This document shows positions 1-8,916 of a stretch of 64,000 bases of DNA, in pieces. Origin of the DNA: a virus; the IMG/VR virus record IMGVR_UViG_3300045988_118801, positions 17,384 to 81,383 of that record; one strand, 5' to 3'. Each line of letters begins with the position of its first letter. The stretch's first letter is position 1. A model generated the notes under the pieces. It worked only from the letters and a program-made list of their open reading frames with translations, searched no databases and was not told the DNA's origin. Both the position numbers and the translations under genes were made by a program.

Positions 1-1
1 G

Positions 2-862
2 CGTTCTTATGAGAAGTTGCAGGAAGCTATCGAAGGTGCATATTCTATCAACACATACAAGGCTTCATACGAACAGTCAGTTGCTAACTTGGAAGCACAG
101 AACGAAGCTTTGAGAAATGCAATAGCGGCAGAACAAGACAAGAAGAAAACTGACGATGATAGAATAAAGGAATGGCAGAATCAGATACAAGACAATCTTG
201 ACGCTATAAAAGAATTGGAAGAACAGTTTATAGCCGACTTAGGTGGATTCGGAAGTGACGCAAATGTCAAGTCTGCTGCACAAGAATTTGCTGATGCTTG
301 GCTTGAAGCCTACATGGAAACTGGTGATGGTCTTGATGCTCTTAGCGACAAATGGGATGAGTACATTCAGAATGTAGTCGCAAAACAGTTAATGCTGAAA
401 GGTACTGAAAAGTATTTGAAGCCTGTCATGGATATGCTTGACGGCATGTTGCAGGATTCAGTATTCACACCGAAAGAAGCGGAAGAGATACAGAACAAAA
501 TAGACCAAGTTATACCTCAGTTAAATGAGTTTTGGAAAGCGATAGCCGGAAGCTTTGATTTAGGTGCTGCGGACGAGGGTGATACGATGAGTGGATTGTC
601 TAAATCTATAAGCGGTATCACGGAAGAAACTGCTGATGCTTTGGCTGCTATAACTGAAAGTATAAGATATTTCAGTGCGGACACAAACGTCAAGGTTAGT
701 GGAATATATAACTTCTTGTTAAATCCACCAGTAGAAAGTCCTTTGTTTGCCGAAATGAAAATGCAGACCGAACATCTGAGATTAATGTATAGTCTTTGGA
801 ACTCAATGTCTAAATCAAAGTCAGGAGTTCAAGGACGTGTATTGAAAGTAGAAGTAGTGTGA
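2..862 (+). CDS. C-terminal part of a large coiled-coil structural protein (tape-measure-like); 5' end lies outside the window
   Basis: The frame is open from the window edge; the M at 17 is a TTG inside that open frame. Sequence is Q/E/A/K-rich and coiled-coil-like, and a hairpin terminator follows. Function is inferred from composition only. Confidence 0.45.
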   Translation, partial: RSYEKLQEAIEGAYSINTYKASYEQSVANLEAQNEALRNAIAAEQDKKKTDDDRIKEWQNQIQDNLDAIKELEEQFIADLGGFGSDANVKSAAQEFADAWLEAYMETGDGLDALSDKWDEYIQNVVAKQLMLKGTEKYLKPVMDMLDGMLQDSVFTPKEAEEIQNKIDQVIPQLNEFWKAIAGSFDLGAADEGDTMSGLSKSISGITEETADALAAITESIRYFSADTNVKVSGIYNFLLNPPVESPLFAEMKMQTEHLRLMYSLWNSMSKSKSGVQGRVLKVEVV

Positions 863-893
863 TTTCTTTTCATAATTCATATACAAACAAGTT

Positions 894-927
894 AGCCACC
901 CCGATTATGAGGTGGCTTTCTTTATTT
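894..927. terminator. Bidirectional intrinsic terminator between convergent genes
   Basis: AGCCACC (894-900) pairs with GGTGGCT (911-917) around a 10-nt loop, followed by a T-rich run at 918-927. Confidence 0.7.
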
Positions 928-1645
928 ATCTAATATTTGCATTTTTTATTTTCGCATAAATCTCTTTATCACTCATGTCAAGTATTTTAAAAGCATCAAC
1001 CATACTTGCTATTTTGCCCTCAAAATAATCAAGTCTTTCTATTTCGGAGGCGTTCAAATAATTGCGTAGATTATCTGATTTTGATATTCCCTTTTCTACC
1101 CTAATTTGTTCTATTGATTTGCCGAAAGCCTTCTTAACCGCCAGTTTGGTATAGTTGGAGTAAACAAAAGGCTTTTCAGTGCCAAGGTTGTTCTTTATTG
1201 CATCCGTCAAAGATTTTCGTATAACTTTAGCCTTATCCCTTGTGTTGCGCCAACTATTAAGCTCTTTCTCCATTTGATTGAATGCTTTAATATAGGCTTC
1301 TTTAAATGCAGCAGCTTTCTTTCCACGATACCCCATAACCAAGAATGTAAAACCGTCACGTGTCATAGTATAATACGGTAGTTTTCTGCCTGTTGGGTCT
1401 GTGTATTCACTGAGCTGAAAATTCAGCCGAGTAAATTCCTCACTGCAATCAAGGCTTCTGATGTCTTGCAATACATTCTTGTGCTGTTTACCGAAAATGT
1501 TTGCAATATTAAGGGATGTTGTAAGTGGCACTGCTTTATAGAAGTCAGCTACACTTTTAATGATTTCAATGCCTTTTTCGTTGGCTGACGCTGAAATTTG
1601 CAAGCTATCGTTTGCAGATTCAGAAATTTTATCTATCTTTGTCAT
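926..1645 (-). CDS. Rha-family phage regulatory protein
   Basis: FGKQHKNVLQDIR ... NFQLSEYTDPTGRKLPYYTMTRDGFTFLVMGYRGKKAAAFKEAYIKAFNQME matches the Phage_pRha pattern as I remember it. Confidence 0.8.
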   Translation of the reverse strand: MTKIDKISESANDSLQISASANEKGIEIIKSVADFYKAVPLTTSLNIANIFGKQHKNVLQDIRSLDCSEEFTRLNFQLSEYTDPTGRKLPYYTMTRDGFTFLVMGYRGKKAAAFKEAYIKAFNQMEKELNSWRNTRDKAKVIRKSLTDAIKNNLGTEKPFVYSNYTKLAVKKAFGKSIEQIRVEKGISKSDNLRNYLNASEIERLDYFEGKIASMVDAFKILDMSDKEIYAKIKNANIR

Positions 1646-1667
1646 AAAGATTTTTTTGTGTTTGTCG

Positions 1668-1698
1668 CAAATATAGTAATTAAAGCGTTAATTGCAAA
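1668..1698 (-). promoter_or_regulatory. Bacteroidota-type promoter (TTTG-N19-TATATTTG) driving the Rha gene
   Basis: On the minus strand, TTTG is at 1698-1695 and TATATTTG at 1675-1668 with a 19-nt spacer. The element sits about 25 nt upstream of the start at 1645. Confidence 0.65.
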
Positions 1699-1729
1699 AT
1701 ATTTTGCGGAAAAGTTAGCCATGCCTTAG

Positions 1730-2044
1730 TTAAGGTGTGGCTTTCTTGTATTCTTCCGTAAAGTTGTTGTACATATCTCTATATATTCTCTGATTCTCAA
1801 TCATCCAGCCGATATTGCTTATTCCTTTGAATACGGCTCTTTTGCTTCTGAAAAACTCTTTGGATAATGTACCTATTGATACGTTTAATTCCTTGTGAAG
1901 ATAATACCATGCAAAATGTCTTGCAAGTGTTATCTGACTGTTTCTGCTTGAACTGTAAAGTTTTTTTTCTTCAATTCCGAAATGCTTTGAAGCAAATCTA
2001 CTCAATTTCTCAATCTTCGATTCCATAAATGTACTATGATTCAA
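1730..2044 (-). CDS. Small HTH protein resembling the DnaA C-terminal DNA-binding domain
   Basis: SRNSQITLARHFAWYYLHKELNVSIGTLSKEF resembles Bac_DnaA_C. It is a paralogue of 19101..19391. Confidence 0.5.
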   Translation of the reverse strand: MNHSTFMESKIEKLSRFASKHFGIEEKKLYSSSRNSQITLARHFAWYYLHKELNVSIGTLSKEFFRSKRAVFKGISNIGWMIENQRIYRDMYNNFTEEYKKATP

Positions 2045-2246
2045 TTAATTCACTAATGTAACAATAATATCATTAAAAAACCAAAAATATTCATAAGTAT
2101 TTATAAATAACTGATTATTAATTTGATAAAATATTTTTATACTCCTTAGTGTGAATTTACCTGCATATATACTTTCGGTCAGCTTTGAGAAATCAAGGTT
2201 GTCAAGGCACGAAGACTAAAGAGTGCAAAAGTAAAAGTATGTTTTT

Positions 2247-3194
2247 ATGGATAAAACTTATGTATTCAGCAATGAGCCTTCATCGGGCTGTTGCGGCAGT
2301 AAGTTAGACATAACGGCTCTGCTTCCCAATCTGATGGGTGGACGCAGCTTAGACCCTAACTTGCTGTTGGCTTTGAACAACGGTTATCGCAACCAAGACA
2401 TGTGGGGCGGTGCCGGAATGTGGTGGATTTGGATTCTCCTGCTCTTCGGATGGGGTCGTGGCGGCTTCGGTGGATGGGGCGGTTATGGGAACGGCGGTGA
2501 ATGCTGCAACAACTGCGCTGCTCTCCCGTGGGCTTTGAACAGCGACACAGGCCGTGAACTGTTGATGCAGGCTATTCAGGGTAATGGTGATGCTATCCGT
2601 CAGCTGGCTTCTACTCTGAACTGCGACGTGAAGTCTATCGAAACTAATCTGTGCAACATCCAGTCTTTGATTCAGAGTGTAGGTAACCAAGTAGGACTGA
2701 CTTCTCAGCAGGTGATTAACAGCATCCAACAAGTAGGTTGCAACATCGGGACACAGATAGCATCTTGCTGCTGCGATGTTAAGCAGGCTATCGAACGTCA
2801 AGGTTATGAGGGCAGAATTGCAACAATCAATCAGACGGACGATATTAAATCGGATGCAAATTCAAAATTCAACATCCTGTCAAGCAAAATAGATGCTCAG
2901 ACGGTTTTGCTGAATGATAAATTCTGCCAGTTGGAAAAGAGAGAATTGCAGAACAAGATTGACACTCTCAACCAGCAAAAGACGTCTCTTGAAACTTCGG
3001 CTCTCTTACAGCAACAGACGCAAAATCTGATTAATCAGTTGCAACCCTGCGCTAAGCCAGCGTATTTTGTGCCGAATCCTAACTGCTGCTACGGATTCCC
3101 GTATTTCGGTTACGGATATGGCAACTTCGGTGTTTACGGCTCTAACTGCAACGGAAACTGCAATTCTTGCAACTGCGGAGGTTGCTCTTGCTAA
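2247..3194 (+). CDS. Cys/Gly-rich membrane-anchored coiled-coil protein, unknown function
   Basis: 21 Cys in 315 aa. Features are a W/G-rich hydrophobic segment (MWWIWILLLFGWGRGGFGGWGGYGNGG), a Q/N-rich coiled coil and a C-terminal NCNGNCNSCNCGGCSC. Confidence 0.6.
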   Translation: MDKTYVFSNEPSSGCCGSKLDITALLPNLMGGRSLDPNLLLALNNGYRNQDMWGGAGMWWIWILLLFGWGRGGFGGWGGYGNGGECCNNCAALPWALNSDTGRELLMQAIQGNGDAIRQLASTLNCDVKSIETNLCNIQSLIQSVGNQVGLTSQQVINSIQQVGCNIGTQIASCCCDVKQAIERQGYEGRIATINQTDDIKSDANSKFNILSSKIDAQTVLLNDKFCQLEKRELQNKIDTLNQQKTSLETSALLQQQTQNLINQLQPCAKPAYFVPNPNCCYGFPYFGYGYGNFGVYGSNCNGNCNSCNCGGCSC

Positions 3195-3212
3195 TTAATA
3201 GGAGGATAGATT

Positions 3213-3641
3213 ATGGCTGTATTTCTTAGTCCGGTCGGCTTAGCCGCTGCACCTGTAGCCAACAGCTTAAACGTATTGGCTACCTATAAAGAAAAGTTGT
3301 GTAGTTGTGTATGTTCTACTTCTACTGACCAGCCTACGGCTACCGTCACGTATAAGTATGAAACCCCTGTATTGCAAGGTACTACCGTGTTTGTTCCGAT
3401 AGTGGCTACTATAACAATAGTGACACCGAACGCTTGCAAATGCACGGCTGAAACGCAAGTTATCACTGAGCGTTTTACAGTAGCGTTCTTCGGTCAGACA
3501 GCATTGCCTACGGCAGTAACAATTACGCAAGAAGGTCTTACACAAGGCTTGTATAAGATTGTATGCGGCAAGTCAAACTGTTATGCAATACATGAGGGAT
3601 TAACTATAAGTATAACCCCAGGTGCAACCCCTGCTGCATGA
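3213..3641 (+). CDS. Beta-rich T/V/I protein with N-terminal CSCVC motif, unknown function
   Basis: An AGGAGG motif lies 7 nt upstream of the ATG. The gene is 18 nt downstream of the previous stop, and the protein has a T/V/I-rich beta-strand-like composition. Confidence 0.55.
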   Translation: MAVFLSPVGLAAAPVANSLNVLATYKEKLCSCVCSTSTDQPTATVTYKYETPVLQGTTVFVPIVATITIVTPNACKCTAETQVITERFTVAFFGQTALPTAVTITQEGLTQGLYKIVCGKSNCYAIHEGLTISITPGATPAA

Positions 3642-3711
3642 AGAGAAGAAACGGGAGAGGCAAAAGCCTCTCTCTTAAAAACAAGTTTATTAACAAAAAA
3701 GTCAAATTATC

Positions 3712-4287
3712 ATGTTTCAATCATTAAGAGCAAGCAATCAGTTTTACATTCTTCACAAGGACGCTGTTCCTTATGTCGAGATAGGTTCTGTGGTAAGTGT
3801 ATCTTCGCCAATGCCAAAGTTCCCAATGCCTACAAACTTTGGTCAGCCTCAGGAGATGGTAGTAGACGTAGTTGTACGTGTGAACGACAACAATGTAACT
3901 TTCCAAAAGCTGCCTGCCAATCAGGAGATAGCGGACTTTGGAATGAACGGTGCGATAGTAGTTGCCACGAGCAAGGAAGCTATGAACTCGGAACTATCAT
4001 CGTTGAGACAGAAGAGCGTTGATATTATCAATAGCGTCAATTTCCACAAGTCAGTCATTGACGGATGCGACAAGACGTTGCGTGACCTGAATCCTGAATA
4101 TGCCGAAAAGCAACAGCAACAGGAAGAGATAAACACGTTGAAGCAAAATATGGAAGAGATGCGAAGAGGTATGGCAGACCTTATGAAGATGCAAAGAGAC
4201 TTTCTTGCGCAGATGAGTAGAGGTGCAAATATTCCACCTCAAACGAGCGATGAAACTGATAGTGTGACTGATAAAACAAGAAAATAA
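3712..4287 (+). CDS. Hypothetical protein with C-terminal coiled coil
   Basis: ORF track; same-strand operon context; no motif recognised. Confidence 0.5.
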   Translation: MFQSLRASNQFYILHKDAVPYVEIGSVVSVSSPMPKFPMPTNFGQPQEMVVDVVVRVNDNNVTFQKLPANQEIADFGMNGAIVVATSKEAMNSELSSLRQKSVDIINSVNFHKSVIDGCDKTLRDLNPEYAEKQQQQEEINTLKQNMEEMRRGMADLMKMQRDFLAQMSRGANIPPQTSDETDSVTDKTRK

Positions 4288-4289
4288 CT

Positions 4290-4622
4290 ATGGGCAAAAT
4301 GTGGAAAATATTAGAAGACTACATCCCAGACTACGGTCGTGGTGAAATGGGCTATCGTGGCGATATGGACGGCTACGAAGAAGGCTTTGAAGAAGGCTGT
4401 GAACATGGCTATAAGAAGGCTATGAAAGAGATGAGAATGATGGGAATGCGTGACAATACGCAAAGTGGCAGTAGCTATCAGAACGGCACAAACCGAATGA
4501 ATAACCGCTTCATGCCTCCCTATCCTCCTTATATGAATTATCGTGATGACGATGATGATTACGATGAAATAGACGAACGTAGAGACCGTCGTCGTCGTGA
4601 TGCAAGAGGACGTTATATGTGA
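4290..4622 (+). CDS. Highly charged low-complexity protein (Y/D/E/R/M-rich)
   Basis: Starts 3 nt after the previous stop. C-terminal sequence is YRDDDDDYDEIDERRDRRRRDARGRYM. Confidence 0.5.
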   Translation: MGKMWKILEDYIPDYGRGEMGYRGDMDGYEEGFEEGCEHGYKKAMKEMRMMGMRDNTQSGSSYQNGTNRMNNRFMPPYPPYMNYRDDDDDYDEIDERRDRRRRDARGRYM

Positions 4623-4704
4623 TAAACAATGGTTGAAACGATGTGGGGGAAGTGAGTGTTGATTTACCAATATCTTTTCCCTACTTTAATTAAAAGCTTT
4701 TGTT

Positions 4705-5130
4705 ATGGGACACGAGACAAGATTAGATGCGAATTATAAATTTCCTTCTGGTATGCAGGAATACCTTGATTCATACGGTTGGCATTTCAGCAAGAAAATG
4801 TGCGAATGGGCTGTTTCTAAGATAAAAAGAAAGAATCCGCAAACAGGGAAAGAGGAGCCTATTGAATACATGGACAAGGATGATACGGAAGAGTTTCTGA
4901 AAAAGTACAATGTTGTATTGGACAATGTAAAGGGTTATGACCATGTGTACATTTTAGCAATGGTTAGGAGCGATTTTTTCAAATCGGCTATCGTTGACGA
5001 ACAGCATCTTGCTCTGTATGTCAAAGATTTCTTTTCAGACCCTGATGGCTATCCTACTATGGCGTTTACAAGGTTCTATGCAGATTGTATAGGTTCAGGA
5101 ACACCTATTGATTGGCTGGATTATATGTAA
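4705..5130 (+). CDS. Hypothetical protein
   Basis: ORF track; operon context. Confidence 0.5.
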   Translation: MGHETRLDANYKFPSGMQEYLDSYGWHFSKKMCEWAVSKIKRKNPQTGKEEPIEYMDKDDTEEFLKKYNVVLDNVKGYDHVYILAMVRSDFFKSAIVDEQHLALYVKDFFSDPDGYPTMAFTRFYADCIGSGTPIDWLDYM

Positions 5131-5135
5131 ACAAT

Positions 5136-5540
5136 ATGAAACGTCAGGTAATACATATCCCCAAATATGAATGGAAAGTATATGTCTACTACGACACTAC
5201 GCCATACGATACGGAAGAACTATTGGGTAAGTTAAGAAGCTTAGGATGCTCTGAAAGTGGCGTTTTAAGGACACGTAAGCAACTTTTAAGAGGAGGATAT
5301 AACAACGGCTTTACTTATTCCAATCATGCCTTAAAACAAAGCGTAGTGTCGTTAGGACGTGCTTCTGAATTTGCGCAGTTCCTTAATTCATTTGTGCATG
5401 AGTTGCAACATTTATCTACTCATATAGCGCAAGCATACGGAATGCCTTTGGACGGAGAAGAGATATGCTATTTATCTGGTTGGATAGCGCAGGAAATGTA
5501 TCCGATATTAATTCACTATTTAACTCGTTGCGGATTATGA
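5136..5540 (+). CDS. Putative zinc metalloprotease-like protein (HExxH)
   Basis: ATG at 5136 lies just after the upstream stop at 5130. Contains the motif FVHELQHLSTH. Confidence 0.4.
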   Translation: MKRQVIHIPKYEWKVYVYYDTTPYDTEELLGKLRSLGCSESGVLRTRKQLLRGGYNNGFTYSNHALKQSVVSLGRASEFAQFLNSFVHELQHLSTHIAQAYGMPLDGEEICYLSGWIAQEMYPILIHYLTRCGL

Positions 5541-5698
5541 AAAATCAGGAAAACATTATGAAAGAAACATCATGGCTTATAAATATGATGAACGACGAGA
5601 TGCCGATATATGATTTCTATCTTTTAAAGCATTACGTTATATCTCGTATTGATAAGTCGAAACGAGCAAAAAGAAAAAAGGCTACCCGATTTGAGTAG
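5537..5698 (+). CDS. Small hypothetical protein with basic C-terminus
   Basis: ATGA start/stop overlap with the upstream gene at 5537-5540. Confidence 0.4.
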   Translation: MKNQENIMKETSWLINMMNDEMPIYDFYLLKHYVISRIDKSKRAKRKKATRFE

Positions 5699-5702
5699 CC
5701 TT
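5678..5702. terminator. Hairpin terminator at a convergent gene junction
   Basis: AAGGCTAC (5678-5685) pairs with GTAGCCTT (5695-5702). An A-run upstream supplies a U-run for minus-strand transcripts. Confidence 0.6.
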
Positions 5703-5720
5703 ACTTGTGTTGGTTATGAG

Positions 5721-5933
5721 TTATAATTTAAGAATCTTCTTAAATATATTTGCCGATTGTTCGTTTTGCAGAATCAGACTTTTCAGTTTTGAATTTTCGT
5801 CATTCAGATTGCTTATAGTCTGCGTATTTTCATTTATTCTGTCGTTTATATCCTTGTTTAATGCTTCCAAATCTTCTTTAGCTTTCTGAAATACACTAAG
5901 GATATTGCTTCTTCTTTCTTCAAAATTAGTCAT
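5721..5933 (-). CDS. Small coiled-coil protein
   Basis: ORF track; followed by the terminator at 5678-5702. Confidence 0.45.
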   Translation of the reverse strand: MTNFEERRSNILSVFQKAKEDLEALNKDINDRINENTQTISNLNDENSKLKSLILQNEQSANIFKKILKL

Positions 5934-5953
5934 GGTTTTTTATTTTTAAATGG

Positions 5954-6388
5954 TTATGCGTTTTCGTAAGTAATCGTAATTTCTTCGCCTCTTTGCTTTG
6001 CAGGAATAAGGTATTTTTCCATTAAGCTCATAAATGTTTGAGTTGAATTAATTACTTGACCTTTTACTTTATTTTGACCGACAAGTAGACATCCGCTGGT
6101 GTCCTCTACTGTGTTTCCTACATGGATTAAAACTCCATCATAATTAGGCACATCTAACAATCTTGGAAGTTTACCGTCATAAGGTTTAGCCCAACTTCTG
6201 TCTTTAAACTTCGGAGAAACTACATCCATTGTGATTTTATAAGTGCCACAAGGAATAGCCGTCTTTCCGTAAATCTTTGTATCTCTTACCGCATCCTCCA
6301 AAGTGTCACACACGTATTCACCATCTACATACAATCTGCCGATAGTATAATCTTCTTTTAATGCTACTCTTTTAACTAATAGTTCCAT
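5954..6388 (-). CDS. DUF5675-like protein (YkuD / L,D-transpeptidase-like H..GN...T.GC motif)
   Basis: TIGRLYVDGEYVCDTLED ... GVLIHVGNTVEDTSGCLLVG recalls DUF5675 phage proteins. This is from memory only. Confidence 0.45.
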   Translation of the reverse strand: MELLVKRVALKEDYTIGRLYVDGEYVCDTLEDAVRDTKIYGKTAIPCGTYKITMDVVSPKFKDRSWAKPYDGKLPRLLDVPNYDGVLIHVGNTVEDTSGCLLVGQNKVKGQVINSTQTFMSLMEKYLIPAKQRGEEITITYENA

Positions 6389-6393
6389 ATTAT

Positions 6394-6825
6394 TTATTGT
6401 TTAAATTGTTCTATCTTTATCGAACCGTCAAAACGATATTTACTTTTACATCTTTCTTTTTTGTATGGAATAAGATATACAATACGTTTAATGCCGCTTT
6501 GAATTATATTCTTTAAGCATTGGTCGCAAGGCTCATGTGTGCAATACAAAGTACACCCATTTACAGATAAACCGTTCTTTGCAGCAAACATCAAAGCGTT
6601 CATTTCAGCGTGTATTTCGTGACTATCAGACCATTCAGAATGATTGTCACGTGTAAACTCTTTATCCAAACATTCGTTGCAATTAAGACTTCCACTGATA
6701 GTACCGTTATAACCCATTGAAATAATGCGGCTATCTTTTACAATAACCGCACCAACTTGTAGTGATACACATTTACTTTCCTTTGCAATAACCTTTGCTA
6801 TCTCTATAAATGTTGATTCTTTCAT
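6394..6825 (-). CDS. dCMP deaminase
   Basis: Cytidine/deoxycytidylate deaminase zinc motifs HAEMNAL and PCDQC are present. Confidence 0.9.
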   Translation of the reverse strand: MKESTFIEIAKVIAKESKCVSLQVGAVIVKDSRIISMGYNGTISGSLNCNECLDKEFTRDNHSEWSDSHEIHAEMNALMFAAKNGLSVNGCTLYCTHEPCDQCLKNIIQSGIKRIVYLIPYKKERCKSKYRFDGSIKIEQFKQ

Positions 6826-7322
6826 TTTCCGCTACTACCGAAGCCTCCTTCGCCACGTTCTGTTTCTGATAATTCAGAAACCTCTTCAAAATAAATAGGG
6901 AATGTAACACCAATTTTCATTTGTGCTATTTTGTCACCTACCTTATATCGTGGCATATTTGGCATTACATGATAGAATACAAGAAAAATTTCTCCCGTGT
7001 AATCCTCATCAATGGTAGCTTGTGAATTAGCCATAGTCATACCCGTCTTCCAAATTGAACTACGAGAACGTAAGTCAATGGAAAAACACGTTTTATTATC
7101 AAGATATACTCTATCACCTCCATAGCCATCTGTTCCGCCAATGCAAACATCGCATATTTCCTTATCTCTTTCAATCTGCAAGGCAATACCCAATCCGTAT
7201 TTCCAAACATTAGGAGCGACTTCTTGTTCCGATACAGCTACCACGTCATAGCAAAAATCCGAATCGTATGTCTTAAATGGAACAACCGCATTTTCATGCA
7301 ACTTCTTAATCTTTACATTCAT
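6822..7322 (-). CDS. dut: dUTP diphosphatase (trimeric dUTPase family)
   Basis: DLRSRSS, IDEDYTGEI and C-terminal RGEGGFGSSG motifs are present. 4-nt overlaps with both neighbours. Confidence 0.85.
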   Translation of the reverse strand: MNVKIKKLHENAVVPFKTYDSDFCYDVVAVSEQEVAPNVWKYGLGIALQIERDKEICDVCIGGTDGYGGDRVYLDNKTCFSIDLRSRSSIWKTGMTMANSQATIDEDYTGEIFLVFYHVMPNMPRYKVGDKIAQMKIGVTFPIYFEEVSELSETERGEGGFGSSGK

Positions 7323-7585
7323 TTCAGTTCCTCCTTCAATTCGTTAGCTGTTCTTGTTCCGGCAATACGTTTGATTACTCTGCCTTTCTCAACCACAAGG
7401 ATTGTAGGTACGTTTCTTACTTGGTATTTAGACGACATATCTACTCCCCAGTCTGTTTCGCAGTCTACATCAGTAAACTTCATGTTTTCAGACTTCATTT
7501 CTTTAGCTACTTCACCGAATACCTGTGCCATTTTAGGACATGATTTGCACCAATAGGCATGAAAGAACATTACTTCTTTTTTCAT
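7319..7585 (-). CDS. Thioredoxin-fold protein with WCKSC active site
   Basis: FHAYWCKSCPKM ... VRNVPTILVVEKG fits a thioredoxin layout. The active site is CKSC rather than CGPC. Confidence 0.75.
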   Translation of the reverse strand: MKKEVMFFHAYWCKSCPKMAQVFGEVAKEMKSENMKFTDVDCETDWGVDMSSKYQVRNVPTILVVEKGRVIKRIAGTRTANELKEELK

Positions 7586-7597
7586 CTTTTTGTAAAT

Positions 7598-8449
7598 TTA
7601 TTGTTTGTAAAAATCCTTTGCCTTAAACAAGGCATTGTTAATTATCTCTCTGTTTGTTAAAGTCTTGTCAAGATCACGATATGCTTTCATTACATTGTCG
7701 CATTTATTCAGGTCAAGTTTACCGCATTTCCTTGAAACCCAATTACTGAAATTCTCTGCTACACGAAGCATATCTAGCATCTTATACTGACGCAAATGTA
7801 CGGAATCTTTTTTATATTTCAAACATTCCTTTACTCTATTTTCTACGTTTTTAACAGAATATCCGACTATTGTACGTGCTATCTCGGCTAAAGCTACAAA
7901 GTATGAATTTTCTACACCGATACTGTCTAAAGCTGATTTCATCTCGTTAATGAAATCCTCTAGTTTAGGTTGAACACTTTCGTCCATACACGAGTTGTAT
8001 TCAGAAAGAAACTCTATGTTCGTTTCGATTATCTTTGAGATAAGATGTTCGTATGCTCTTTGTCTTTTCTCCAAAGCACCGAATATCTTCTGTGTTTCCT
8101 TGTCCTGATTCTTTATGAAGTCTTTCATCTGTATGATACACGCACAAGCAAGGTCGTTTACATACATGATGTTGTAGATAGAAGTAGTGACTACATAGTT
8201 TCCGTCAATCGGGCGCACTTTATAAAACTCACATTTGCGGAATGTATCTACATAGTGGAATTTTACTTCGGGTGTATCTTCTGACTTCGATTTATAGCTG
8301 TTGTATTTGAAGCAATTAGCGCAGTTCTTACACTGCTCGTATGTTTTACTACCTTTCTTGTAAAACTTCCCGTTACACACGCTTCTGACATCTAAATTGG
8401 CTTGTCTGTAAACGGCTTCTTTTGCTTCTCTTTGTTTTTCGTTACTCAT
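7598..8449 (-). CDS. Hypothetical protein
   Basis: ORF track; N-terminal Cys cluster CNGK..CKNCANC. Confidence 0.5.
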   Translation of the reverse strand: MSNEKQREAKEAVYRQANLDVRSVCNGKFYKKGSKTYEQCKNCANCFKYNSYKSKSEDTPEVKFHYVDTFRKCEFYKVRPIDGNYVVTTSIYNIMYVNDLACACIIQMKDFIKNQDKETQKIFGALEKRQRAYEHLISKIIETNIEFLSEYNSCMDESVQPKLEDFINEMKSALDSIGVENSYFVALAEIARTIVGYSVKNVENRVKECLKYKKDSVHLRQYKMLDMLRVAENFSNWVSRKCGKLDLNKCDNVMKAYRDLDKTLTNREIINNALFKAKDFYKQ

Positions 8450-8916
8450 AACATCTTATCAAATTCGTCAAACAATTTATCTTCTTGTTCTCTTTCTTTT
8501 TTGAGTATTTCGCACTCGTTCGGCATTGCGCAATCACATCGTTTGATTATTTCTTCTCTCTTTTCTTTGCGCATCATACGTACTTTCTTTTCGTAGTACA
8601 TTTTCTTGCCTGTCTTTTCGCAGATAAAGTCTGTAATGTATAGGCTGCCGTCACAATTTGAACCTTCCTTCGTACATTCGGAATTACCGTAATTTTCATA
8701 ATCAACATCGTAATATTGACAATGCTTACATCTTTTACCTTCTGAACCTTTTATTTTACGGCTTTCTACTTTCAGATATTCACACGAAGCGCAATCAGTC
8801 CAATTCTTTGGATTTTTCTTGCAGTTCATTTCGTGTACCACCATTCCACCTTTGCCTAAAGAAAGTTTTCCGCAAAACTCGCATTGATATACTTTCTTAT
8901 CTGTTATGGTTTTCAT
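8446..8916 (-). CDS. Cys-rich zinc-finger protein
   Basis: YQCEFCGKLSLGKGGMVVHEMNC (C-x2-C-x12-H-x3-C) plus further CxxC pairs. Confidence 0.55.
   Translation of the reverse strand: MKTITDKKVYQCEFCGKLSLGKGGMVVHEMNCKKNPKNWTDCASCEYLKVESRKIKGSEGKRCKHCQYYDVDYENYGNSECTKEGSNCDGSLYITDFICEKTGKKMYYEKKVRMMRKEKREEIIKRCDCAMPNECEILKKEREQEDKLFDEFDKML

Noticed and set aside
2349-2801. Long antisense or overprinted ORFs from the six-frame track. Examples are 2349..2801, 3267..3545, 4311..4670, 20087..20635, 20642..20953, 41010..41588, 44322..44657, 45970..46422, 52502..53056 and 32161..32439.
   Set aside because: They lie entirely inside stronger ORFs on the opposite strand or in another frame. They have low-complexity or hydrophobic S/L/F/C-rich translations typical of antisense reading of AT-rich genes, and they lack start context. 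I treat them as non-coding.
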